64,000 nucleotides of DNA, taken from positions 3,488,001 to 3,552,000 of the forward strand of contig CP182352.1 in assembly GCA_048571215.1 (NCBI GenBank), written 5' to 3'. Under the pieces are notes generated by a model, which searched no databases, had not been told where the DNA came from, and saw nothing but the letters and a program-made list of their open reading frames with translations. The DNA comes from Halarcobacter sp. Lineage in GTDB: Bacteria; Campylobacterota; Campylobacteria; Campylobacterales; Arcobacteraceae. Numbering within the stretch: position 1 is the stretch's first letter; each line of letters starts with the position of its first letter. Shown one piece after another: positions 19,780 to 29,355 of the stretch. The position numbers were made by a program, and so were the translations under genes.

Positions 19780-20628
19780 CTATTGAAGTAATCTAAGAAC
19801 GTTTTGAGATACATTGTTAGCTTGCGAAATAGCATAAGATCCCGCTTGCGAAATAATGTTTTGTTTATTGAAATTAGCTGATTCTTTTGCATAATCAACA
19901 TCTCTAATGATAGACTCGGCTGCTTTAACATTTGTAGCTTGAGTCATAAGGTTTCTAACTGCAGATTCAACTTGATTTTGAGTAGAACCTATCTCCCCTC
20001 TATTACTATTAAGAGTAGTAATAGCAGAATCAATAACTGTTTGTTGAGAAGCAGCAAGAGTTTTACTAATACCACCAGCATCAACAGAAGTTTTTAAAGT
20101 AGCTAAACTTAATCCTGTTGTATTTGACTGAATTGCTGAAGTTGAAATAGTATCAGATGAAGTTTCTCCAATTTGGAAACTTAATCCAGCAGTTGCAGCA
20201 GAAGAAGTTGCACTAGATTGTAAAAGATACGTACCATTGTAGTTTGTTTGTGACGCAATATTATTTAACTGAGTAAGTAATTTACTAACATCATCGGCAA
20301 TAGCATTTCTACCAGCAGTAGAAGTTGTATCAGTGTTTGCTTGAATCAATTTAGCTTTGATAGTATCTAAGATATTAGATTGTTCTGCCATAGATTTATC
20401 AGCGATTTGAAGTAAGGCAACAGCTGAATTACCATTGTCAACAGCTTGGTTAATAGATGTAGCTTGTGTTCTTAATTTATCTGCAATAGATAAACCAGAA
20501 GCATCATCTGACGCTTTATTGATTTTAAGACCTGAACTTAATTTTTCAAGAGAGTTTTTTATTGCACTATTTGTATTAGCTGCAGCTTCTTGAGCAGTCA
20601 ATGATGATATGTTTGTATTAATTCTCAT
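19780..20628 (-). CDS. fla: Flagellin 3 (282 aa)
   Basis: Flagellin motifs; only 47 bp downstream of trmA. Confidence 0.98.
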   Translation of the reverse strand: MRINTNISSLTAQEAAANTNSAIKNSLEKLSSGLKINKASDDASGLSIADKLRTQATSINQAVDNGNSAVALLQIADKSMAEQSNILDTIKAKLIQANTDTTSTAGRNAIADDVSKLLTQLNNIASQTNYNGTYLLQSSATSSAATAGLSFQIGETSSDTISTSAIQSNTTGLSLATLKTSVDAGGISKTLAASQQTVIDSAITTLNSNRGEIGSTQNQVESAVRNLMTQATNVKAAESIIRDVDYAKESANFNKQNIISQAGSYAISQANNVSQNVLRLLQ

Positions 20629-20675
20629 TTTTTAACCCTTACAGTTTGTATACTTAAATAATATCTAAGCTAAGT

Positions 20676-21797
20676 TTAAATTTTGTTTAAAATAACGCCA
20701 CTTTCTATGTGATTTGTATATGCAAATTGATCAAATAATGCAAATTTGGCAATTTTATGGGTTTTTGAGAGTATTTTTAAATCTCTATGAAGTGTTTCTG
20801 GATTACATGAGATATAAATAATTTGCTCAAAATCTTTAGCTAAATCTCTCGTAGTATCATCTAATCCAGCTCTTGGTGGATCCATAAAAATTGTACTAAA
20901 ATTATACGATTTTAAGTCTAAACCTTTAAGTCTGTTGAAAACCCTTTTTTCTTGTAATGCTTCAACAAATTCTTCTGAACTCATCCTAATAAAATCTATA
21001 TTTTTTATATTATTTAAATCACAATTTATTTTTGCAGATTTTATTGAGGTTTTTGAAATCTCAGTTGCTAAAACTTTTTTAAATTTGAAGCTTAAAGGTA
21101 TGGTGAAATTCCCCCCTCCACAATACAGTTCACATAGGTCATTTTCACTAGAATCTATATTATCTAAAACCCACTCAATCATTTTAATATTTACTTTACT
21201 ATTTGGTTGGGTAAAACCACCCTCCTGGTAGTAGAATTTAAGGTCTTTTTCTTTTATACAAATTGTATCCTCTATAAACTCTTTGTTTAATACAAGTTTT
21301 TGACCTCTACTTCTACCAATAATACTAATATTTAATTCTTTTTCTAATAGTTTTGCTTCTATTTCCCATTTGTGTTCAAGTTTTTTATGATAAATTAGGG
21401 TTACTAAGATATCACCTGTAGTGGATGTTAAAAACTCTATTGCATAAAGTTTGAAGCTTAATTCTTTATTTTCTTGAATTTTTTTTAAGAGTACTGGCAT
21501 AAGCTCTTTTATCTGTTTTGATACTATTTCGCAGGAGTCTATCTCTACAATTTTTTTGTCAAAACTTGTCATTGCATAGGATAGTGTTGGTTTGTCTTCA
21601 TCATCAAAATTTTTCCATATCCTAAACTCTGCTCTATATCTAAAATTTTGAGTTTCACTTTTTATCACATCAAAATCTATGTTAGTTAAATCTAAAAATC
21701 TATTTTTTTCTCTATCTTTTTTAAATAAAAGTTGTTCTTCATATGACATCTCATATAAGGTGCAACTACCACACTCTCCAAAATATTTACAATTCAT
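20676..21797 (-). CDS. trmA: tRNA (uracil-54-C5)-methyltransferase
   Basis: RYRAEFRIW, FTQPN, ELYCGGGNF, DPPRAG, YISCNP, FDQFAYTNHIE; N-terminal CxxxxxCxxC. Confidence 0.93.
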   Translation of the reverse strand: MNCKYFGECGSCTLYEMSYEEQLLFKKDREKNRFLDLTNIDFDVIKSETQNFRYRAEFRIWKNFDDEDKPTLSYAMTSFDKKIVEIDSCEIVSKQIKELMPVLLKKIQENKELSFKLYAIEFLTSTTGDILVTLIYHKKLEHKWEIEAKLLEKELNISIIGRSRGQKLVLNKEFIEDTICIKEKDLKFYYQEGGFTQPNSKVNIKMIEWVLDNIDSSENDLCELYCGGGNFTIPLSFKFKKVLATEISKTSIKSAKINCDLNNIKNIDFIRMSSEEFVEALQEKRVFNRLKGLDLKSYNFSTIFMDPPRAGLDDTTRDLAKDFEQIIYISCNPETLHRDLKILSKTHKIAKFALFDQFAYTNHIESGVILNKI

Positions 21798-23196
21798 CTA
21801 TTAACCTATTAAGTTGATTTATACATTTATTAATATCATCATATTTTAGTATAGTTAAACTTTCATACCAAATTGATTTTTGATTTATTTGTTCCCATCG
21901 AAAATCAAATTGCATATTGTTATTTAAAACAATACCTTTTTTTCCCAAGGCTCCACATAAGTGAGCTACTGCTGTATCTACACTTATAACTAAATCTAGT
22001 GATGATATAGCAACCGCAGTATCATAAAAGCTTTTGAATTCTTTTCCTAAATCTGATATATTGTTATAATTTACTAAATCTTCTTTATTATCTATTTGTA
22101 GTGAATGAAATTTTCTATTTTCATAGTTAAATAATAATTCAAAATTATTTAATTCTAAAGATTTTTTATTAGCAAATTCACTTGTTTGTGAACCTTTCCA
22201 TACAATTCCAATATTTTTAAAACCTTTTAAAATATTTTTTTCTTTAAAATTCTCAATATCTTTTTTATCAACTGTAAGATAACTTTTTGCATCAATTTTA
22301 TTGATATTAAAAGAGTAAGGAATACTCATACTTGCAATTGAATAATCAAAACTATCGGTACTGCTAATCTCTTTTAGAAACTTTATATTTGGAAAATTGT
22401 AAGAAAAAAGTTTATTTAAACTGTTTTGTATCCCATATGATATGTTTTTGCATGGGATATCTTTTAGAAATCTTGCAAATTGAATATTGTCTCCAAATCC
22501 TTGCTCATGATAGATTAATAAGTTTTTATCTTCTAAGTTTTCATTTTTGTACTCTTGAAAAGGCATATAGGCATACTTACCTTTTTGTGTATCAAGTTTT
22601 TTTCTATATTCAAAATGTTTAAATCCATTTTTAAAATCCCCTTTTTTTAAGAGAGTATAAGCATAATCTGTATTAGCTATTGCATTTTCTGGATTTAACA
22701 TTAAAAGTATTTTTGAAAAATTTTCAATTGTTTCTAAATCATTTTGCTTTTTTGCAATACTTAAAATACAATTATAAGCATCTTCACATCTATCATCTAT
22801 TTCAAGAGCCTTTTGGGCATTTAATAAAGCATTATTAGTATCTTCTAATTTAATAAATGCAGCTGCAATATTTGAATAGATAATTGCAACTTGTTCATGT
22901 TTTAAGCCTTCCTGCCAAATCCCAATAGCTTCGTGGAAAAAATTTGCAGTAAATAGGGTATTGCCTAACATATAATAAGCTTCAACAAAATCCTCTTTTT
23001 GATTAATAGCTGTTATAAAAAAGTTTTTTGCACTATCTAAATCATTTTGTTTAAAAAAGATATTTCCTAATAAATTCCATGTATGTGGATGATTTTGGTC
23101 AATATCCACTATTTTATTACAAATTTTAATGCTATCTTCAAAACGACCTTTATTGTATAATTCTAAGGCTTGGTCATATGTTTCATCTAAGTTCAC
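21787..23196 (-). CDS. TPR-repeat protein fused to a GT9-like glycosyltransferase domain
   Basis: N-terminal TPRs; EQGFGDNIQFARF, IGIVWKGS, DLVISVDTAVAHLCGALG, DFRW...WY. Confidence 0.85.
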   Translation of the reverse strand: MNLDETYDQALELYNKGRFEDSIKICNKIVDIDQNHPHTWNLLGNIFFKQNDLDSAKNFFITAINQKEDFVEAYYMLGNTLFTANFFHEAIGIWQEGLKHEQVAIIYSNIAAAFIKLEDTNNALLNAQKALEIDDRCEDAYNCILSIAKKQNDLETIENFSKILLMLNPENAIANTDYAYTLLKKGDFKNGFKHFEYRKKLDTQKGKYAYMPFQEYKNENLEDKNLLIYHEQGFGDNIQFARFLKDIPCKNISYGIQNSLNKLFSYNFPNIKFLKEISSTDSFDYSIASMSIPYSFNINKIDAKSYLTVDKKDIENFKEKNILKGFKNIGIVWKGSQTSEFANKKSLELNNFELLFNYENRKFHSLQIDNKEDLVNYNNISDLGKEFKSFYDTAVAISSLDLVISVDTAVAHLCGALGKKGIVLNNNMQFDFRWEQINQKSIWYESLTILKYDDINKCINQLNRLIDEL

Positions 23197-23252
23197 AGGG
23201 ATCCTTTTTGATATTTAATCTACTATTATATTGAAATGTATATAATACACCT

Positions 23253-24779
23253 ATGAAAGAAAATTGGCAACAACAACTACAAACACTTTTAGACTGTGAT
23301 TTAAAGTCTTTATATCCATTGGCAAGAAGTTTAAATAGAAAATTAAAATTTTTTGTGGGTCCGACAAATTCGGGTAAAACCTATAGTGCCATGGTGGAAT
23401 TAAAAAAAGCAAACAGTGGATTATATCTAGCTCCATTAAGACTTCTTGCTCTTGAAGGCTTTGAGGATTTAAAAGAGTATAAAATAGGAACATCATTAAT
23501 TACTGGGGAAGAACAAATAATAGATGAAGATGCTTCCCATGTATGTTCAACTATAGAGATGGTAGATTTTGATATGGATGTTGATGTAGCAGTTATAGAT
23601 GAAGTTCAAATGCTTGATGATGATGACAGAGGTTGGGCTTGGGTAAATGCTATTATTGGTGCTCCTGCAAAAACTATTATAATGACAGGTTCTGTAAATG
23701 CTTTGGATTCTATAAAAAAAATTGCTGCTTATTTGGGTGAAGATTTAGAAGTGGTTAAATTTCAAAGAAAAAATCCTCTAAAGGTTCTAACAAAACATAC
23801 TGCTCTTGATAATATAGAAACAGGAACAGCTTTAATAGCTTTTTCTAGAAGTGATGTTTTAAAACTAAAACAAAGACTTCAAAAAAAATATAAAGTATCT
23901 GTAATATATGGAAACCTTTCTCCTGAGGTACGAAGAGATGAAGCAAAAAGATTTAGAGAGAAAAAAAGCGATATTTTAATAGCAACAGATGCAATTGCAA
24001 TGGGTTTAAATCTTCCTATTAAAACAGTTTTATTTACTACTGATTCTAAGTTTGATGGAGTAAGTAGAAGAAAAATTACTGTTAATGAGATAGTTCAAAT
24101 AGCAGGGCGTGCTGGAAGATTCGGGCATTTTGAAGCAGGTTTTTTAGGAGCAACCAGAAGGGATGTTTTAAAGCATATTACCAAAGAGTTTGAATCTCCT
24201 ATTAAAACAATCAAACCACCTTTTAAAGTAAAAATAAATGCTCAACAACTTGAAGATTTAGCTTCACATATAAAAACAGATTCCTTGACAAAAGTTCTAA
24301 AATTTTTCAAGGATAATATGTATTTTAATGGTCCCTTTGTTGCTTACAATATCTCTTCAATGATAGAAACTTCTAAGATTGTTGATTTTAAAGAAAAACT
24401 TACTTTACAAGATAAATATTTACTTGCTCAAGCCCCTGTAACTTCTAAATCAAAAATAGTTTTACAAGCTTATGAAGCATATATAGCAGCAGTCGTAAAA
24501 AACAAAGTTTGTAGATACAAACCTTCTATTACTTTACCTAAAAAAGCACAAACACAAAAAGACTTGTTATTAGTTGAAGATGAAGTAAAAAAGATATCTT
24601 TATATTTATGGTTGTCTTATAAGTTTCCTGAGCTTTTTCCTGATTATGAAAAGGCAGTAATTTTAAGAAATAATTTTAATAGCTTTATTGAAAGCTCCTT
24701 AAAAAGGAACCTTAAACAAGAGGATAATAGAGGGTTTACAAAAAGTCACAGATATAATAGACAAAGAAGACAAGGTTAA
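23253..24779 (+). CDS. SUV3-like superfamily 2 RNA helicase
   Basis: GPTNSGKT, YLAPLRLLALE, IDEVQM...RGWAW, ATDAIAMGLN, QIAGRAGR, YLWLSYKFP. Confidence 0.92.
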   Translation: MKENWQQQLQTLLDCDLKSLYPLARSLNRKLKFFVGPTNSGKTYSAMVELKKANSGLYLAPLRLLALEGFEDLKEYKIGTSLITGEEQIIDEDASHVCSTIEMVDFDMDVDVAVIDEVQMLDDDDRGWAWVNAIIGAPAKTIIMTGSVNALDSIKKIAAYLGEDLEVVKFQRKNPLKVLTKHTALDNIETGTALIAFSRSDVLKLKQRLQKKYKVSVIYGNLSPEVRRDEAKRFREKKSDILIATDAIAMGLNLPIKTVLFTTDSKFDGVSRRKITVNEIVQIAGRAGRFGHFEAGFLGATRRDVLKHITKEFESPIKTIKPPFKVKINAQQLEDLASHIKTDSLTKVLKFFKDNMYFNGPFVAYNISSMIETSKIVDFKEKLTLQDKYLLAQAPVTSKSKIVLQAYEAYIAAVVKNKVCRYKPSITLPKKAQTQKDLLLVEDEVKKISLYLWLSYKFPELFPDYEKAVILRNNFNSFIESSLKRNLKQEDNRGFTKSHRYNRQRRQG

Positions 24780-24834
24780 TTAATAATAATTTTGATATAA
24801 TCAAGCAAAATAGGTAAAATCTGAGGAAAACTAT

Positions 24835-26772
24835 ATGTTAAATATGTTTAAAGCTGATGGTGTAGAGACTTTACATAAAGAGTTGATGAAGAACTATGTA
24901 GATGAAAAAAAAGTTCAATCTCTTATAGATAGTGGAATAAATATTAATAGAAGAGATGCAAAAGGAAGAACTCTTTTATTTGAACTCTCAGCAAAAAGAA
25001 GAATAGAATCTATAAAAATATTAATAAACAATGGGATTAATGTTAATGTAGAAGATAATTATGGAAAAACTGTTTTAAGTGAAGCTGTAGATAAAATGGA
25101 TGGTATGATGATACGGTTTTTACTTAGTAATGGAGCTTCTGTAAACCATATAAATTCCTCAGGAAGAACTGTCTTACAAGATGCTGCATTAGAAGAAAAT
25201 GAAAAAGTTTTTAATATTTTAATGGCACATAACCCTGATTTATCCATAAGAGACCATTATGGAAAAACAGTGCTTTTTGATGCGATTGAGGGTGGAAATT
25301 TAGATATTATAAAAGAGCTTATTAATAATATCGATGATATTAATATTGTGGATAATGATGGAAGAAGTGTACTTTTTTATTCAGTTTTAAAAGATGACCC
25401 AAGTATTACAAAACTTTTAATTTCAAATGAAATTGATGTAAACATTTTAGATAAAAAAAGACAAAATGCCCTTTTCCCTGCTGTTGTGTTAGGTTCTGAT
25501 AATCTTGCAACAATTGATTTACTTATAAAAAAAGGTATAAAATTAAATATAAAAGATTATGCAGATAAAACACTTTTAGATGAAATATTAAAAGTACTTT
25601 CTTTAGTTAAAAATCCAGATGCAAAACTAAATGGTAGATATAGATTAGCATCAGCAGAGCGTAATTATCTAAAATTAACTGGGTTTTTAATAGAAAATGG
25701 ATTAGCAATTGATAGAATGGATTCTTTAGGAAAAACTGTTCTTTATAAAGAAGTTGAAAGAGAAAACTACGATACTATAACTTTTTTAATATCTTCTGGT
25801 GCAGATATCAATACCCAAGACAATGAAGGGAAAACAGTACTTTTTGATGCTATTTTAAAGGGACCTTCAAACTCTACGATGATAGATTTTTTAATATCAA
25901 AGGGTGCAGATATTGATCATAGAGATTATACTGAAAGAACTGTTATTGATGATTTAGTTGAAGCCGTAATGATCACTCATAACAATAGAAAGCCTACTTC
26001 AAAACGTTTTTTAGAGTTAAGAGAAAATGAAGATTATTTTGTATTGTTGAAAAAGATGTTGCTTTTTAAACCTAAAATTAATTCCCCTAGAAAAGATGGA
26101 AGAACTATGGCTTTTGATTTAGTAATACAAAATAATTTAGAGCTTCTAAAATTAATGATAAATGCAGGTTTAGATATAAATGTTCAAGATAATGAGAATA
26201 ATACACCCCTTTCTTTTATGATAGATGAAGGCTTGAAAATAACTAATCAAAGAGGTAAAGAAGCCTTTTTAGAAAGACTTGTATTTTTATTGAAATTTAG
26301 AATTGATGTTAATACTTTAGATAAAGAGGGAAGAACCATATATCATAAAGCTGTTATGGCAAACGATTTAGAAGTGGTTGAGAAGTTATTAACAAAGAAA
26401 AATAATTTGGATATAAAAGACAAACAAGGTAGAACTGCTCTTCATCATACCCAATGGAAGGGTAATTATAAGATTGCAAGATTGCTAATAGCAGCAGGTG
26501 CAGATATCAATGCCTCAGATTTTGCAGGTTTTACTATCTTGAATTATGCTGCAATTTTAGGACATACTCGATTGGTTATAGTTTTAATAGCCTCAGGAGT
26601 ATTAATGTATAATCACAACAAAAAAAGTAAATCTGTAGCGAAATTTTTTAAAGAAAGAGAAGCTAATCTTGAGAATCTTTTAGATGCAAATATAACAGAT
26701 AGTAAAATGAGAAGTGCAATAAAAGAGGTTATAAACAATCTAAAAAATGAGATTGACGAAGCATTAAAATAA
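24835..26772 (+). CDS. Long ankyrin-repeat protein
   Basis: Many G.DIN..D..G.T.L repeats across 645 aa. Confidence 0.92.
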   Translation: MLNMFKADGVETLHKELMKNYVDEKKVQSLIDSGININRRDAKGRTLLFELSAKRRIESIKILINNGINVNVEDNYGKTVLSEAVDKMDGMMIRFLLSNGASVNHINSSGRTVLQDAALEENEKVFNILMAHNPDLSIRDHYGKTVLFDAIEGGNLDIIKELINNIDDINIVDNDGRSVLFYSVLKDDPSITKLLISNEIDVNILDKKRQNALFPAVVLGSDNLATIDLLIKKGIKLNIKDYADKTLLDEILKVLSLVKNPDAKLNGRYRLASAERNYLKLTGFLIENGLAIDRMDSLGKTVLYKEVERENYDTITFLISSGADINTQDNEGKTVLFDAILKGPSNSTMIDFLISKGADIDHRDYTERTVIDDLVEAVMITHNNRKPTSKRFLELRENEDYFVLLKKMLLFKPKINSPRKDGRTMAFDLVIQNNLELLKLMINAGLDINVQDNENNTPLSFMIDEGLKITNQRGKEAFLERLVFLLKFRIDVNTLDKEGRTIYHKAVMANDLEVVEKLLTKKNNLDIKDKQGRTALHHTQWKGNYKIARLLIAAGADINASDFAGFTILNYAAILGHTRLVIVLIASGVLMYNHNKKSKSVAKFFKEREANLENLLDANITDSKMRSAIKEVINNLKNEIDEALK

Positions 26773-26787
26773 TATATTAGGAATGGT

Positions 26788-28083
26788 ATGAATAAAAAAT
26801 CAATTATTATATTAGCTGCTGGTGCAGGTACTAGGATGAAATCTGCTACCCCGAAGGTTCTACATAAAATCTCTGGTAAACCTATGTTATATTATTCGAT
26901 TAAAGAAGCAAAAAATATTAGTGATGATATTACCGTTGTTTTATATCATCAAGCTTCATATGTTCAAGAACAAATGAATCTATACTTTGATGATATAAAC
27001 TATGTTATACAAGACCATGAAAACTATCCAGGAACAGGTGGCGCTGTTATGGGAATAACTCCAAAATATAATAAAACATTAGTTTTAAATGCAGATATGC
27101 CACTAATCCAAGCACAAGAGTTAGAAAAATTTAATATAGACGCAACTATAGTTATGTCAGTTTTAGAACTTAAAAGTGCAGATGGTTATGGAAGAGTTGT
27201 TATAGAAAATGGTGATGTAAAAAAAATAGTTGAGCAAAAAGATGCAAATGAAGAAGAGTTGAAAATCACAAGTGCAAACGCAGGTGTATATCAATTTGAT
27301 ACAAAGTTTTTATTGGAAAATCTACCAAAACTTTCAAATAATAATGCCCAAAAAGAGTATTATATAACAGACCTTATAGAACTAGCAATAAAAGAAGAAA
27401 AGGTTTTAAAACCAATAGTTGTAGAAGAGGAAAACTTCAAGGGGGTTAATTCAAAAGTTGAACTAGCTGATGCTGAAGTTATTCATCAAAATAGAATAAA
27501 AAAAGCTTTTATGCAAAATGGTGTAATAATGAGACTCCCTGATACTATTTATATAGAAGAGGGTGTAGAAATTATTGGAGAATCTATAATAGAAAATGGA
27601 GTATCGATTTTAGGAAATTCTAAAATTATAAATTCCCATATAAAAACTAATAGTGTGATTGAAGATTCCATTTTGGAAGATAGTGATGCAGGACCAATGG
27701 CAAGAATAAGACCAGGGTCACAACTTTTTGGAACTCATATTGGGAATTTTGTAGAAACAAAAAAAGCAAAACTAAATAAAGTAAAAGCTGGACACTTATC
27801 ATACCTAGGTGATTGTGAAATAGATGAGGGTACAAATATAGGTTGTGGTACTATTATGTGTAACTATGATGGAATAAATAAATATAAAACAATTATAGGG
27901 AAAAATGTTTTTGTAGGTTCAGATACTCAATTTGTAGCACCAGTCAATGTTGAAGATGATGTTTTTGTAGGTGCAGGAAGTACTGTTACCAGCGATTTGA
28001 AAAAAGGGCAACTTTATACTACAAGGGCTAAAAAAAGAGTAGTAGAAGGGTATTTTTACAAACATTTTGAAAATAAAAAATAA
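26788..28083 (+). CDS. glmU: Bifunctional UDP-GlcNAc pyrophosphorylase/GlcN-1-P acetyltransferase
   Basis: [40 protein letters not shown]. Confidence 0.97.
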   Translation: MNKKSIIILAAGAGTRMKSATPKVLHKISGKPMLYYSIKEAKNISDDITVVLYHQASYVQEQMNLYFDDINYVIQDHENYPGTGGAVMGITPKYNKTLVLNADMPLIQAQELEKFNIDATIVMSVLELKSADGYGRVVIENGDVKKIVEQKDANEEELKITSANAGVYQFDTKFLLENLPKLSNNNAQKEYYITDLIELAIKEEKVLKPIVVEEENFKGVNSKVELADAEVIHQNRIKKAFMQNGVIMRLPDTIYIEEGVEIIGESIIENGVSILGNSKIINSHIKTNSVIEDSILEDSDAGPMARIRPGSQLFGTHIGNFVETKKAKLNKVKAGHLSYLGDCEIDEGTNIGCGTIMCNYDGINKYKTIIGKNVFVGSDTQFVAPVNVEDDVFVGAGSTVTSDLKKGQLYTTRAKKRVVEGYFYKHFENKK

Positions 28084-28092
28084 AGAGTATAT

Positions 28093-29355
28093 ATGCTATT
28101 AAAAGATAAAAATATTTTAGTTGCAGTTACAGGTTCTATTGCTGTTTATAAAGCTTTAGAGTTGATAAGATTATATATAAAAGCTGGTGCTAATGTAAAA
28201 GTTATCATGACCCAAGCATCACAAAAATTTGTAAGCTCTTTAACTTTTGAAGCGATTTCCCAAAACAAAGTTTTGTGTGAAGATAGTGAGTCTTGGGATA
28301 AAAATGGGGTTTATAACCATATTGATATGGGAAAATGGGCTGATATTTTTGTTATAGCTCCATGTAGTGCAAATACTATCAATAAACTTTCTCATGGAAT
28401 TGCAGATAACCTTTTGACTCAAACTGCTTTAGCTTATCCAAGACTTAAACTTTTAGCACCAGCTGCCAATACAAATATGTTGAAAAATCCAATAACCCAA
28501 GCAAGTTTAAAGATGTTAAAACTTTGTAATTTTGAGATCATATCTTCACAAACTAAAGAGTTAATTTGTAAAGATGTTGGAGATGGTGCCATGGCTGAAC
28601 CACAAAATATTTTTTATGCAACTTGTAAGGCTTTATTAAAAGATGATTATTGGAGTGATAGAAAAGTTGTTTTAAGTGGGGGTGGAACTTTAGAAAAAAT
28701 AGATGATGTAAGATATATCTCTAATTTTTCATCAGGTAAAATGGCTAGTTCTTTAGCTTTGGCTTTATATTTCAAAGGTGCTGATGTGTGTTTGGTAAGT
28801 TCTAGAGGACATGAAAATTTGCCAAATGATATCCATACTATATCAGTAAAAAGTTCATATGAGATGTATGAGTATTTAGTTGATTCTATTAGGGTTGCAA
28901 AAAAAGGGAAAATGAGTTCTAGTACACTAATGGATGATTCAAATCCAAAACTTATACAAAAAAAACCATATCTATTTATGGTTGCTGCTGTTTCTGATTA
29001 TGTTCCAAGTTTTCCCCAAGATGGAAAACTAAAAAAAGATATGTTGGGAGATTCTTGGAGTCTTGAATTAAAACAAAATATGGATATATTATCTTCACTT
29101 GATAAAGATGATATAGTATCTATTGGTTTTAAAGCTGAGATGGATGAAACTGTAGCATTATCAAATGCACAAAATATGTTATCAAAGAAGAAACTTGATG
29201 GGGTTTGTCTAAATATTTTACAAGATAGTGATAGTTTTGGTAAAGAGGATAATAAAATAGAATTAGTATTAGATAATAAATCAAAACATTTTTTAGGGGA
29301 CAAGCTTTCTTTATCTATAGATATGTTGGATTTTTTAAAGGAAGAGTTTGAATAA
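28093..29355 (+). CDS. coaBC: Phosphopantothenoylcysteine decarboxylase/synthetase
   Basis: VTGSIAVYK, APCSANT, IDDVRYISNFSSGKM, AAVSDY, GFKAE. Confidence 0.95.
   Translation: MLLKDKNILVAVTGSIAVYKALELIRLYIKAGANVKVIMTQASQKFVSSLTFEAISQNKVLCEDSESWDKNGVYNHIDMGKWADIFVIAPCSANTINKLSHGIADNLLTQTALAYPRLKLLAPAANTNMLKNPITQASLKMLKLCNFEIISSQTKELICKDVGDGAMAEPQNIFYATCKALLKDDYWSDRKVVLSGGGTLEKIDDVRYISNFSSGKMASSLALALYFKGADVCLVSSRGHENLPNDIHTISVKSSYEMYEYLVDSIRVAKKGKMSSSTLMDDSNPKLIQKKPYLFMVAAVSDYVPSFPQDGKLKKDMLGDSWSLELKQNMDILSSLDKDDIVSIGFKAEMDETVALSNAQNMLSKKKLDGVCLNILQDSDSFGKEDNKIELVLDNKSKHFLGDKLSLSIDMLDFLKEEFE

Noticed and set aside
23253..26772. Anti-phage defence system (helicase plus ankyrin)
   Set aside because: It is embedded among core genes with no nuclease or effector domain and no mobility signal.
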